Assembly: GCA_046590205.1 (NCBI GenBank)
Contig: JBKJTT010000018.1
Location: forward strand, 1,328 to 65,327
Direction: 5' to 3'
DNA length: 64,000 nucleotides
Source: Candidatus Kapaibacterium sp.
Lineage (GTDB): Bacteria; Bacteroidota; Ignavibacteria; Palsa-1295
The notes under the pieces are model-generated. The model saw only the letters and a list, made by a program, of their open reading frames with translations, had not been told where the DNA came from and made no database searches. Position 1 is the first letter of the stretch, and each line of letters begins with the position of its first letter. This document shows, one piece after another, positions 1-9,668 of this stretch. The position numbers were made by a program, and so were the translations under genes.

Positions 1-326
1 TCTGCTACTCGCTGCTTGAATGATTTCTCTGCGCCGCGTTTATTGACAGCAACATCAAGCGATACACCTTTTTTTACACCTGTGAACTTGCGGTAAAGAT
101 CATACGGCTCGAAGATTCGTGCGCGTCGGACTATAAGATCTGGTGGCAATTCTTTTGCCAGCGACTCGTCAAGTGCTTGGTATTCAGGGTTCTCGGGCAC
201 AAGCATGATAGGCGTCCAGCCGAACTCGCCGAGATACCGAGCGAACTTCGCAACGCGCTGCACCCCAGGTCCGCCCGCAGGCGGAAAATAATAACTAACG
301 AATAAGACGTATTTTTTTTCGGGCAC
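1..326 (-). CDS. Glycosyltransferase (GT-B/GT4-like), N-terminal part; gene runs off the left edge
   Basis: Absent from the ORF track because it is truncated. Hand translation of the reverse strand from GTG at 326 gives VPEKKYVLFVSYYFPPAGGPGVQRVAKFARYLGEFGWTPIMLVPENPEYQALDESLAKELPPDLIVRR... The YFPPxGG N-terminus is typical of GT4-type enzymes. Confidence 0.6.
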   Translation of the reverse strand, partial: MPEKKYVLFVSYYFPPAGGPGVQRVAKFARYLGEFGWTPIMLVPENPEYQALDESLAKELPPDLIVRRARIFEPYDLYRKFTGVKKGVSLDVAVNKRGAEKSFKQRVA

Positions 327-343
327 AGTAGCAATATTTGAAG

Positions 344-3070
344 CTACTTTGTAACGGTCAAGAGGCGCGAAAACTCCCGTGTTTCTTTGCCTTGTGTGTA
401 GGTGAAGATGACGAAGTAACTGCCGGCGGCGAATGTCTCTGTTTTTATATGCTCTTCTGCTCGGAAGTTCTCAAAAGGCAACATACTTCTAAACATTGTT
501 CTACCGGATGCATCAATGATCCGAATAGTACACACTGCGCCGGAATCAGAAGAAAGATTATCTTTTGTCATCCCAATAACGACACCTTTTGTAGAAACAG
601 GATTTGGATAGATGTAGGGATAAAGTGAGACTTTTGGTAACTCACTCACGGATGTAGTGGTATCGGTTATTGTGCCGGGACTAAGCGGAAGAATTGTTGT
701 GGGTTTCAGGAGTAATACATCTGCACCCAAGAAATACCCTTGCGCACTATCGGCTTTACCGGTGCAGCGGAAGGTAAAAGTATGTTCACCCGCTGATAGA
801 TAGTGTGTGCCAAGGGTAAGAGTGTCGGAGGGTATCATATCACGCCAATCAGGTTCAGGTACTACAAACCCTGTAAATACACCAAGATTAGTATGGTCAA
901 GTAAATAGTCAAAAGAACCGAATTGTTTTCCTCTTGAGAGTAACAATTTCAAGTCAAAAGTATCAGACTTGGGTACGGATAAAATAAATTGAACAGAATC
1001 ACCACTCCCATATGGAGATAACAATGCTGTGGCTTGCTTACTCCATTTAGAATGCCATCGGGCTGTTAACATCTCCGAAGTAAGGGCTCTACCGGAAAAT
1101 ATGGCAGAAGAAACATGGTCTTCAAACTCATACTCTAATCGTCTGGTAAGTATAATTGGAGTATTTGATACGACTCTCCCAGAAGTCTCGCCATGAACAG
1201 CTAATCTATATGATCTGTCGGCAATATATGGAATACGAACAACTGCTTCAAAACTATAATCATTCTTTACGAGAATTGTATCTTCATACGAGATACGAAT
1301 ACTATCAAGATAGACAGTTAGTTTCTCACCTTGTACAAAACCTCTCCCTTTGATAAGTAGTGTGTCTCCAAATAGAAGTACAGGGGGCTGAAAATCTGAA
1401 CAGGAATATAAAATAGGTTTTTGTAGTACAAGTATTTCTGTGGGATAGGCAATATCATTTATTGACAGTTTCCTATATCCTGTTTGCCATGACGAAGGGA
1501 TAGTAGTAGAGACTAAAAATTTACCAGCTCCATTGGCATTAACTTCTACAATATTCTCATCATCAAGACGAGCAGTGATTTTTTCGTCGGGCTTGTACCC
1601 TGTCCCTGAAATAATCCATTCTTCCCCTGAGCGCACTGTATCACGTGATGTCCAAAACGGTATGTAGCGCTTATAGTAGTATGCAACAGTACGGTAGTCC
1701 TCTCGAACGTCATTATCATTACCATGTTGCCAATGGAAATCAAATGAGCGGTGAAAATCAATAGCATCAAGATAATGGAAACGATAAAGTCGCTGTGAAA
1801 ATTGAGTGTGCCCGCTCAACGGCATACTGTAGGTCTTGAAATGGAAGTAGTAACCGCCGCCTATATAATCCTCTGTACCTGTATATTGTATTTTATAAAG
1901 CGGATTCCCATCTATTTCCATAAATGTATCGCCTTCAAAGGCACGAATATGTGTATTGTTCTTTATCCGAAGACTTGTTCCAACTAATCGCCCATCGCCG
2001 TTGGTAGTCAGTACTGGATGTGATACATGGTAACGAGTTGGATTCGTTTCGCTAAATGTTGAATAAAAATAAGCATATTTAGAAATGTCTATTTCTTTTT
2101 TCTCGTAAGCACATTCTGCTTGCATTGTAATCGATTGTCGGGAGCGATTGATAATCCTGATTTTTGCAGATCTTCTAAATGGCATTGGAAAATAACTAAC
2201 CATCCCGCTATCTTTATCTACTCGAAGTTGAAACGCTCGAATCTTCATTGTGTCAGGAGGTACCATAAAAAAATCTCCTAACGGGACATTCACTGAAGAA
2301 AAAGGTTCATCATCCCAAGTAATATCAAGCCAAAGAGAATCAAGTAGTAGCTGGTCATACGATTCCGGCAAAAGACGAAGGGAGTGAATTAAGGACGGTC
2401 CACTCATCTGAAAAAGAACAGTTGTATCATTTGCCCCTAAGAGAAATTCCTTCTTCTCCAAAGACGATGGAAAACCAACCCAAGGATTGCTGTTTTCCAA
2501 ATATGACTGTTCAGCTTCAGTTTGTTCGGCTTGTATTTTTATATCAGTAGTAAGCGGATCAAATGAAACTTTATTACTTGCCTCATCCCTACGAAAAGCA
2601 ACTGCATAGAATACGAAGCTATTAACACCTTCGATAGTTATCCGAAAATTCTTTGTGTATGGCATTTGAATGTCACATATATTCGCTCCAGCCATCGGTG
2701 TTGTCAGTGGCATTCGTAGCAACCCATGTGATTCCCGAAAGAAATCATACACTTTTGCTACTCTGACTAATGTGTCATCAATATATAATTTGACAAATGC
2801 AGTTTCTGGTGCCTCAATCGGAACAGTCATCCAAAAATGAGTTATCACCCCTCTTCCTGTATCACCTGCTATGATATGATACCCGTCTAATGAATCTGTT
2901 TCTTGAGGATAGCCAAAACCCGTTTTATATCGTAATGGTGTACGGTTAGTGAGATCAAGTCTGCTTATCGCTTCAGGGTCTGTAAGGTTTATATAATGGG
3001 AAATCCCCTGTCCATAAAGAAACGGGGCAATTACCACACAAAAGACCATTGTAATAATGACAGTACGCAT
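344..3070 (-). CDS. Secreted DUF2961/GH172-like protein with T9SS C-terminal sorting domain
   Basis: 908-aa ORF with a signal peptide (MRTVIITMVFCVVIAPFLYGQ). The HFWMTVP and YTGTEDYIGGGYYF motifs resemble DUF2961. The C-terminus (VSLYPYIYPNPVSTKGVVIGM...FVIFTYTQGKE) looks like a T9SS CTD. Confidence 0.6.
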   Translation of the reverse strand: MRTVIITMVFCVVIAPFLYGQGISHYINLTDPEAISRLDLTNRTPLRYKTGFGYPQETDSLDGYHIIAGDTGRGVITHFWMTVPIEAPETAFVKLYIDDTLVRVAKVYDFFRESHGLLRMPLTTPMAGANICDIQMPYTKNFRITIEGVNSFVFYAVAFRRDEASNKVSFDPLTTDIKIQAEQTEAEQSYLENSNPWVGFPSSLEKKEFLLGANDTTVLFQMSGPSLIHSLRLLPESYDQLLLDSLWLDITWDDEPFSSVNVPLGDFFMVPPDTMKIRAFQLRVDKDSGMVSYFPMPFRRSAKIRIINRSRQSITMQAECAYEKKEIDISKYAYFYSTFSETNPTRYHVSHPVLTTNGDGRLVGTSLRIKNNTHIRAFEGDTFMEIDGNPLYKIQYTGTEDYIGGGYYFHFKTYSMPLSGHTQFSQRLYRFHYLDAIDFHRSFDFHWQHGNDNDVREDYRTVAYYYKRYIPFWTSRDTVRSGEEWIISGTGYKPDEKITARLDDENIVEVNANGAGKFLVSTTIPSSWQTGYRKLSINDIAYPTEILVLQKPILYSCSDFQPPVLLFGDTLLIKGRGFVQGEKLTVYLDSIRISYEDTILVKNDYSFEAVVRIPYIADRSYRLAVHGETSGRVVSNTPIILTRRLEYEFEDHVSSAIFSGRALTSEMLTARWHSKWSKQATALLSPYGSGDSVQFILSVPKSDTFDLKLLLSRGKQFGSFDYLLDHTNLGVFTGFVVPEPDWRDMIPSDTLTLGTHYLSAGEHTFTFRCTGKADSAQGYFLGADVLLLKPTTILPLSPGTITDTTTSVSELPKVSLYPYIYPNPVSTKGVVIGMTKDNLSSDSGAVCTIRIIDASGRTMFRSMLPFENFRAEEHIKTETFAAGSYFVIFTYTQGKETREFSRLLTVTK

Positions 3071-3517
3071 AGTCTTTTTGTAATGCTATATTTTTGAGGT
3101 TGGTTGCAAAATTATTAAAATATTTTTTTTTTAAAATAATTAGGAATTCGAGAAAAGTTGTTGTATATTTGTACTAGAGTCCGACACAATTATGCCTTAT
3201 CGACGTAATTTGTAGAACTCTCCTACTGAGTGGACTTTCTTAAGCCCCCAAGGTAATGTCAGATAACATAGAGTGGTAATCTATTTTGTCAGGTAGGATG
3301 ATGTTTGCTTTCGTAAATCAACGAAGTATCTTTAAGCTTTGCTGGTCAAAGTGCACCCTATAAAAAAAGGGCGTACTTTCGCACACCCTTCATACCAAAC
3401 AGTAGGTTACCTCAACGCCCGAAAGCGAGGTGGTGATCTGTTCTGTTTTTTCGTAGGTACAGACATATAACCATCTCGCATCGGGATTCATTCACAACGT
3501 AATATAAAATTACAACA

Positions 3518-5674
3518 ATGAAAATGAACCTCGTTGCGAAAGCAACACTTATCATGCTCGCCCTTCTCTTTACGGGGATGGACGCTCGAGCACAACTAAC
3601 CGATGTTCCACGCATTATTTCCTATCAGGGTAAGATTGACAATGCTTCAGGGCAGCCAATAGCTGACGGCAAGCACACCGTAACCGTCTCACTCTACCGA
3701 GATGAAGACGGCAAACATAAGGTTTGGACTTCAACCGAACAAGTTGATGTGAAAGGAGGTATAATGAATCTCCAACTCGGTAAAACAAAAGCATTACCGA
3801 ATAGTAATGCAATGTCTGGTCCGCTATATGTCGGCGTATCGCTCAACGGTACAGTAGAAATGCGGCCTCTTACGATGCTCACTGCTGCTCCGTATGCTAT
3901 TAACATACCCGATAAATCGGTAACAATGGAGAAACTCTCTGATGAGGTTACTTCAAAGATTACTGGGTTTAAATCAAATCAGGACCAGCAATCTTGGACT
4001 CTTTTGGGTACAGGAAATATATCAGGTGGTACGTCTGATTTTCTCGGGGGTGGTACAAACAATTCTATTACACCATTCAATGCTGGGGCGGGAAACAAGA
4101 ACACATTAACAGGAGGCGAAACTAATCTCATTGACTCAACTACAAACCATAATTTTATTGGTGGCGGTCGAACAAACGTTATTATAGCTTCAAGTGCCAG
4201 TTCTGCAATAGGAGGTGGTGATTCCAACACAATCCAGGGTGCTCAAGGTGCTTTTATTGGAGGTGGTGATAGCAACAGAATCACTGGAAGAACTGCAACG
4301 ATCGGGGGTGGAGCATTTAACTTAGCAACTGGCAAAGGAGCATTCATTGGAGGCGGCCAAGCTGAATCAGCGGCAATACTTGTGTCTAACAACAGAGCAA
4401 ATGGTCAAAACACTGTGGTTGGAGGTGGTAGTTTGAACGAAGCGAACGCGGACTACTCGACAATTACAGGTGGAGAGCTTAATATTACAACCGGAACCCA
4501 TTCTTTTATCGGTGGTGGTGGTAATACGGTCGGTGGGGTAGGTAATAGCACAACAAAGCAATACTCTTCAATAGTTGGTGGAAAGTCCAATTCTGTTGAG
4601 ACAGAATTCTCTTCAATAGGAGGAGGAGAAGATAATAGTATTTCTACCAACGGCACATACTCCGCTGGACTACACCATAACACTATAGGTGGTGGGCAAC
4701 TCAACGCAATTGTTAATGACAATGGCTCGCGTAGTGCTCATCACTCAACTATCGCAGGTGGTGATTCAAATAGTATTTCTGGCCTCTCAGAACATGCAAC
4801 AATCGGCGGTGGTGGTTGGAATCAAATCAACTTTCGTCTTGGTGGAACCACCAAAAATGATTATGGTACAATCGCAGGAGGCAGTTATAACTTTGTTGAA
4901 AATTCTTGGGGAGTAATAAGCGGTGGGTTTCAAAACCATACGAAAGGAGACTATAGCAAACGCCTAAGTACAATTGCAGGTGGTAGCGGAAATACCACAG
5001 ATGGTCTGGTATCTACTATCGTTGGTGGAGAAAAGAACATTACAAACCAATATGGACAGCTTGTTGGTTGCTTCTTTAATGAGGCAAGAGTTTTAACTGT
5101 TCCTATCACCGGAAACCCGAATGTAACCCAGACAAACACATATAATGAGCCACTTTTCATTCTCGGAAATGGAAAATTAACTCTAAAAAGAAACGCTTTT
5201 GAGGTTTCATTTAATGGCCATTCAATTGTACATGACAGAAATGGAACAGGTAGTAGCGTTGTTGGTGGACGTGCTTCAATAATAGGCGCTACCTACCGAG
5301 ATAATGTTATCTACGCATGGGGTGATGTTCAAGCTATGCATATTGAGTATTCTGGACCATTCCCGGTAAAACTAATAGTAAATTGTGATTTTGGTGTTGA
5401 TTCAGTTATGCAAACAGCTGTCGGAACTTACACAGTTTATTTAAATGTAGACGATGCTTGGGGTGCGAATGCAAGTTTAAGTTGTGGAGCTATTACAACT
5501 TCACCTGTAGGCCCAGTATGTGGGTTAACCTCATCTCCAGGACGCCTCTATGGAACAAACAATCAGCAGTTTGACGTGAAAACATGTTACGCACCAAATA
5601 GTACAGTGCAAAACAATGATTTCATGTTCCATGTAACTGCACGTCCAAACAACCCAAACGCACCAAAGTACTAA
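3518..5674 (+). CDS. Secreted Gly-rich repeat protein (YadA-head / tail-fibre-like ~14-aa repeats)
   Basis: 718-aa ORF with a signal peptide (LALLFTGMDARAQ). The N-terminal region reads IISYQGKIDNASGQPIADGKHTVTVSLY. About 22 repeats follow with the core [IV](G/A)GG..N.I.G (IGGGDSNTIQG, IGGGDSNRITG, IGGGAFNLATG...). Confidence 0.55.
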   Translation: MKMNLVAKATLIMLALLFTGMDARAQLTDVPRIISYQGKIDNASGQPIADGKHTVTVSLYRDEDGKHKVWTSTEQVDVKGGIMNLQLGKTKALPNSNAMSGPLYVGVSLNGTVEMRPLTMLTAAPYAINIPDKSVTMEKLSDEVTSKITGFKSNQDQQSWTLLGTGNISGGTSDFLGGGTNNSITPFNAGAGNKNTLTGGETNLIDSTTNHNFIGGGRTNVIIASSASSAIGGGDSNTIQGAQGAFIGGGDSNRITGRTATIGGGAFNLATGKGAFIGGGQAESAAILVSNNRANGQNTVVGGGSLNEANADYSTITGGELNITTGTHSFIGGGGNTVGGVGNSTTKQYSSIVGGKSNSVETEFSSIGGGEDNSISTNGTYSAGLHHNTIGGGQLNAIVNDNGSRSAHHSTIAGGDSNSISGLSEHATIGGGGWNQINFRLGGTTKNDYGTIAGGSYNFVENSWGVISGGFQNHTKGDYSKRLSTIAGGSGNTTDGLVSTIVGGEKNITNQYGQLVGCFFNEARVLTVPITGNPNVTQTNTYNEPLFILGNGKLTLKRNAFEVSFNGHSIVHDRNGTGSSVVGGRASIIGATYRDNVIYAWGDVQAMHIEYSGPFPVKLIVNCDFGVDSVMQTAVGTYTVYLNVDDAWGANASLSCGAITTSPVGPVCGLTSSPGRLYGTNNQQFDVKTCYAPNSTVQNNDFMFHVTARPNNPNAPKY

Positions 5675-5700
5675 CTTTATTAAGTCGAGTTGAGAGTTCA

Positions 5701-5729
5701 AACCCCTTTAGAAAATATCTAAAGGGGTT
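5701..5729. terminator. Bidirectional hairpin between convergent genes
   Basis: AACCCCTTTA (5701-5710) pairs perfectly with TAAAGGGGTT (5720-5729) around a 9-nt loop, with A/T runs on both sides. It overlaps the stop codon of the 5719-6555 gene. Confidence 0.6.
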
Positions 5730-6555
5730 TTCTTAATAAATATGATGCTTCCAACGCGAAGAGTTCGCGGATGCCGGGGATCGCTTTCAAGAAGTTTGCC
5801 TTGATCGCCGGTAATCCGAACTTCATCTTGAAAACAGGGCGAAGGAAGTAGAGTTCTTCCGAAACAATCTCAAGTTGGGCATCTTTGGCTGCCCTACGAA
5901 ATTTGTCTATAGTTAAGCGTATTTCGCGTAAGCTCGATACCTCATCCACATCAATTTGAAGCCGTGCGCCTTTATATGCTTTGGTAAAGAGAGCATCAGG
6001 CAGTGCATGAATGTATGGGATCTTGCCCATCGTGTTATCAAGCAAGTGCTGATGAGCGCCGTAGGGTGAATAGTACGGAGGAAAAACAATATAAAGCCAT
6101 GCGCCGGGCTTCATGAACTCCATCACGTTGCGCAAACTCTTTTCTGTTTCGTGGAGATGCTCGATAACATCACGAAGCGTGACGAAATCAAAATGCTCAC
6201 GCCATTTATCAGGTGGTGCTTGGTTAGTAATGTCGTGAATCGCAAACTCTGCTTTGAGTCCGAGTGCTTCAAACCCTTTCGCGGCAGAATCAATCGCTGA
6301 CTGGCGAATGTCAATACCGAGCGTCTCCACTACTCCCTCTTCAGCGAAGGATGCAAGCACTCCACCCTCGCCGCAACCGATCTCTGCAATACGTGCGCCA
6401 TTAAACTGGACACCCTTGCTCTTGAGGTACGGGACGAGGAATTCATGCCCAAGCCCGTATTGATACCCAAAATAATATTGCTCGTAAGCGTTCGTGTCCC
6501 CACGCGCGGCGAGCAAATTCACTTTCGATTGACTATGTGCAGATAGCTTTGGCAT
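5719..6555 (-). CDS. Class I SAM-dependent methyltransferase
   Basis: 278-aa ORF. It has the SAM-binding motif I (IAEIGCGEGGVLASF) and a post-I acidic residue (GIDI). Confidence 0.75.
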   Translation of the reverse strand: MPKLSAHSQSKVNLLAARGDTNAYEQYYFGYQYGLGHEFLVPYLKSKGVQFNGARIAEIGCGEGGVLASFAEEGVVETLGIDIRQSAIDSAAKGFEALGLKAEFAIHDITNQAPPDKWREHFDFVTLRDVIEHLHETEKSLRNVMEFMKPGAWLYIVFPPYYSPYGAHQHLLDNTMGKIPYIHALPDALFTKAYKGARLQIDVDEVSSLREIRLTIDKFRRAAKDAQLEIVSEELYFLRPVFKMKFGLPAIKANFLKAIPGIRELFALEASYLLRKPL

Positions 6556-6610
6556 TCATTTTTCCTTCGGCATCTTAACAAAACTCTCCCATGAATATTT
6601 CGCTTTTTCT

Positions 6611-7372
6611 TTAGGGCAATGTGATCTTGACCAACCCCTTAAACTCTGAAATTGCCTCTTGATAGGACTCCTGCGACTCTTCTTCCGGTTCAGAAGTAAA
6701 CTGCCAATTGAAGCTCAGATCGTCGGGAGTTTGAAATCCGAACCACTTATAATTCTGCTTTTGTGTTTCGAGGGCTTGTTTGCCATTCCAGTTATGCCCG
6801 AAAAGTACAATGCCTGCCTCGCATTTTGTTATCTCTTTGATCGGCTTCTCGCTGAGAGTGGTGAATCGGTTCTCTATCCAGCTAAGCCGTTCGTAAAGTC
6901 GTTGATAAACACTATTAACCTGACCCCACCTGACCGAACCAAAAAAGACGACAACCTTTGACTCAAAAAGCGCACGAGATATTTTGTAGAGTTCATCGTC
7001 CTTATTATTGATCGATGCCCAACAACGATGATACCCGGTAGGATTTTTTGTTTTGTTTTTCAGAAGTGCCTCTTCCATCCCGCATCTGTTCCCCTTAGAT
7101 GTGCTGATGTTTCCTTCGCATGTGTATATCTTGAGCGGTGCTACATCCATTATGCGGATATTCTTCCGAGGCAGTTGCTTCTTTACCAACCGTGCAAACT
7201 GCGTACTTTTTGGGATATCCCATTTGTGCTCTATATATCGGTTACTCGTCGTAAGAAAAAGAATATCGTTCTTTTTTTTTAGATACGAGATAAACCCTTC
7301 GCACTTCTTTGCGAGGTCGTTCTCGGATAGGTTGGGGAGTATATTATTGTAGAGATCTTCAATTATGCCCAT
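6611..7372 (-). CDS. Hypothetical protein (possibly a flavodoxin-fold oxidoreductase-like protein)
   Basis: 253-aa ORF in an operon-like arrangement with the methyltransferase. There is only a weak resemblance (ILFLTTSNR..., VVVFFGSVRWGQ) to NAD(P)H-dependent FMN-reductase folds. Confidence 0.3.
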   Translation of the reverse strand: MGIIEDLYNNILPNLSENDLAKKCEGFISYLKKKNDILFLTTSNRYIEHKWDIPKSTQFARLVKKQLPRKNIRIMDVAPLKIYTCEGNISTSKGNRCGMEEALLKNKTKNPTGYHRCWASINNKDDELYKISRALFESKVVVFFGSVRWGQVNSVYQRLYERLSWIENRFTTLSEKPIKEITKCEAGIVLFGHNWNGKQALETQKQNYKWFGFQTPDDLSFNWQFTSEPEEESQESYQEAISEFKGLVKITLP

Positions 7373-7473
7373 TGTTTGGAGGTAGTATATGGATATACTA
7401 CAGTATCAGGAGCAGATTTGTTAAACCAAAATTGGGTGGAGTTGCTTTATACAGCACATAAAGATACCGTTAG

Positions 7474-8433
7474 ATGTCAGAAGTAGAAAAAGATTGCAAT
7501 AACACAACATCTGCAAACGATCCGTTTGTAATAGATGACCTGTTGATCTTTGATTGTGATACCTTACGAGCACTCATCAATGACAAAAGTTTTGCTCTCA
7601 CACCAAAACTTTTTGGCAAGGCACTTCGCGATACCGACACCCGCATCATCGAGCATATCACTTCTGTTCTCACTGAAGCAGAACGCACGGTTTTTTTAGA
7701 ATCCTTAGCAGCATCAATACCTGAACAAGATGTAACCGCCGGTCGCAAACAGATACTTTCCTCACTATTTTGGGAGTTGACCTATTGGAAAACACCTGAA
7801 CTCTATGAAGAACTTACCGAAGGTGAGAAGATCCACCCGGGTATATTTGTGAATATCCACCCGTACATAAAAAACAAAATTGTTCTCGATGCCGGCGCAG
7901 GAAGCGGGCGTGCTTCGATCGAATGTTTACGCCATAACCCGAAGCGAATTTATGCTATCGAACGCTCGAAGGGGCTACTTCATATTCTTAAAGAAAAAAT
8001 TGATAGAGAAGGGCTAACGCAATGGATCCTACCGAAGCAAGGTGAGTTCACGGATCTGCCGTTAGAGAGGAACAGTGTTGATACAACGATAGCATGTTCG
8101 GCGTTCACCTCAAGGCACGAACAAGGTGGAAAACGAGGTTTGAAGGAACTCAAGCGAGTTACACGTCCGGGCGGAATGATAATAATTATTTGGCCCAACA
8201 AGAACGATCTGCAATGGTTTATGGATGAGGGATTTACTTACGAAGCATTACCTCTCGAAGAAGGAATGAGCATCCACTTTAGATCACTTCGAAGTGCAAT
8301 TCGTATCATGGAGCGATTCTACAAAAAAAATATTAATGCCATGAAATATGTGGTCAGATCCGGTAAGCCGGAATTACCTTTTTCTGTGCTTGGCGTAAAG
8401 CCACCACACGACTATTGCTGGCTTGAGGTCTGA
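7474..8433 (+). CDS. SAM-dependent methyltransferase with a ~90-aa N-terminal helical domain (FliG-C/MgtE-N-like by eye)
   Basis: 319-aa ORF with methyltransferase motif I (VLDAGAGSGRASIECL). The N-terminus reads LIFDCDTLRALINDKSFALTPKLFGKALRDTDTRIIEHITSVLTEAERTVFLESL. Confidence 0.65.
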   Translation: MSEVEKDCNNTTSANDPFVIDDLLIFDCDTLRALINDKSFALTPKLFGKALRDTDTRIIEHITSVLTEAERTVFLESLAASIPEQDVTAGRKQILSSLFWELTYWKTPELYEELTEGEKIHPGIFVNIHPYIKNKIVLDAGAGSGRASIECLRHNPKRIYAIERSKGLLHILKEKIDREGLTQWILPKQGEFTDLPLERNSVDTTIACSAFTSRHEQGGKRGLKELKRVTRPGGMIIIIWPNKNDLQWFMDEGFTYEALPLEEGMSIHFRSLRSAIRIMERFYKKNINAMKYVVRSGKPELPFSVLGVKPPHDYCWLEV

Positions 8434-9590
8434 GAGATCACTATTTGTTCAACCCCTTCGGCAAAACTCTCCCATGAATATTTCTTCTTTTCTTGTCTGA
8501 CTCCGTCGCGTAGTTTTGACTCTAAGTCTGCATCAAAGTAATTGCCGATGCAAACAGCAACTGCCTCCGGAGTCGGCTCCGGTGCAATAAGTCCGCAAAC
8601 ACCATCAATAACCATCTCGGCTAATCCGCCAACATCAGTCGCAATAACGGGAAGATCGAAATTATATGCTATCTGCACAATACCAGATTGTGTCGCGCTT
8701 CGATACGGCAACACGGCTACGTTCGCAGCACTGAAATAGAAAGGGACATCATCATTGGGTATGTAGTCCGTGAAGAGTTTTAGATTTGCATCAGGTATTG
8801 CAAGTTCTTTGATGAGAGCGCGAAAATCATCTTCACCGCTATAGCTTTCACCTGCGACAACTAAAACAATCTTCGGATATTTTTTGATAAGCTCCGGCAT
8901 TGCGCGAAGGATAATATCAAGCCCCTTGTATTTGCGAATAAAACCAAAGAACAGTAGAACCTGTGCGTCGATAGCAATGCCAAGCTTTGCACGAGTATCG
9001 CTCATCGGAAGTGTCTTTCCAAATATCTCATAGACAGGATGTTCAAGACGAACATATTTTGCATCGGGCTTAACTATCTTGAGGTCACGCTCGACAGCAC
9101 TTGATTGAACAATGAAATTATCAACTGCTTTGAATGCGTAGTTCGTAAGTGAGCGGTCGCCGGGGCGTTTCTCATGAGGAATGACATTATCGGCAATGAA
9201 GATGATGTTTGTCTTCTTCCCTTTTTTCCGCATCACCTTCTTTATAGTACGCGCGATCATCCCATACGCGGGCGCAAAAAACGGAAGCCAAAACTTGAAG
9301 ATGACAGCGTCCGGCTCGAACTCGGCTGCGAGTTTTCCTGCTTTACTCCATGTAAGCGGATTTATCGAATCAATAATTTGCACTGATTCTATAGGAATAC
9401 CTGCATCGCCCTTCTCGTCCTGCGATTTCCCGGGAAAAAGAATCTTTGGATACTGTCGCGAGAACGTAATGACCTTCACCTCATGCCCACGCGCAACAAG
9501 TGAGCGGTAAAGAAGCGAAACATAATGCGCGATCCCGCCCCGAAGCGGATACGCCGTGCCGATAATGACGAATTTCATTGGGGTTAGCAA
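8412..9590 (-). CDS. Glycosyltransferase family 4 (GT-B)
   Basis: 392-aa ORF. The N-terminus is GTAYPLRGGIAHYVSLLY. The C-terminal nucleotide-sugar binding region is VLPYRSATQSGIVQIAYNFDLPVIATDVGGLAEMV. Confidence 0.8.
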   Translation of the reverse strand: MLTPMKFVIIGTAYPLRGGIAHYVSLLYRSLVARGHEVKVITFSRQYPKILFPGKSQDEKGDAGIPIESVQIIDSINPLTWSKAGKLAAEFEPDAVIFKFWLPFFAPAYGMIARTIKKVMRKKGKKTNIIFIADNVIPHEKRPGDRSLTNYAFKAVDNFIVQSSAVERDLKIVKPDAKYVRLEHPVYEIFGKTLPMSDTRAKLGIAIDAQVLLFFGFIRKYKGLDIILRAMPELIKKYPKIVLVVAGESYSGEDDFRALIKELAIPDANLKLFTDYIPNDDVPFYFSAANVAVLPYRSATQSGIVQIAYNFDLPVIATDVGGLAEMVIDGVCGLIAPEPTPEAVAVCIGNYFDADLESKLRDGVRQEKKKYSWESFAEGVEQIVISQTSSQQ

Positions 9591-9668
9591 CGTAGTATCA
9601 GGTTTAGGGGTTCAGCACCAAATCCACCCCCTCTGAATCCTACCCTTCTTTTTATCGTTTAACGGGTA

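Noticed and set aside
3071-3517. Known structured RNAs (SRP RNA, RNase P, tmRNA, 6S) in the two long intergenic regions (3071-3517 and 33397-33905)
   Set aside because: I looked for hallmark strings (GGAAGCAGC of SRP domain IV, GAGGAAAGUCC of RNase P, a tmRNA tag ORF with a tRNA-like end) and found none. The GTCAGGTAGGATG at ~3288 only superficially resembles the SRP motif.
3979-5160. Several antisense ORFs rich in PPP / PPPI (3979-4230, 4453-4722, 4951-5160) inside the repeat-protein gene
   Set aside because: They are mirror images of the GGT/GGC-rich Gly repeats on the coding strand. The plus-strand 718-aa ORF with its signal peptide explains the region.
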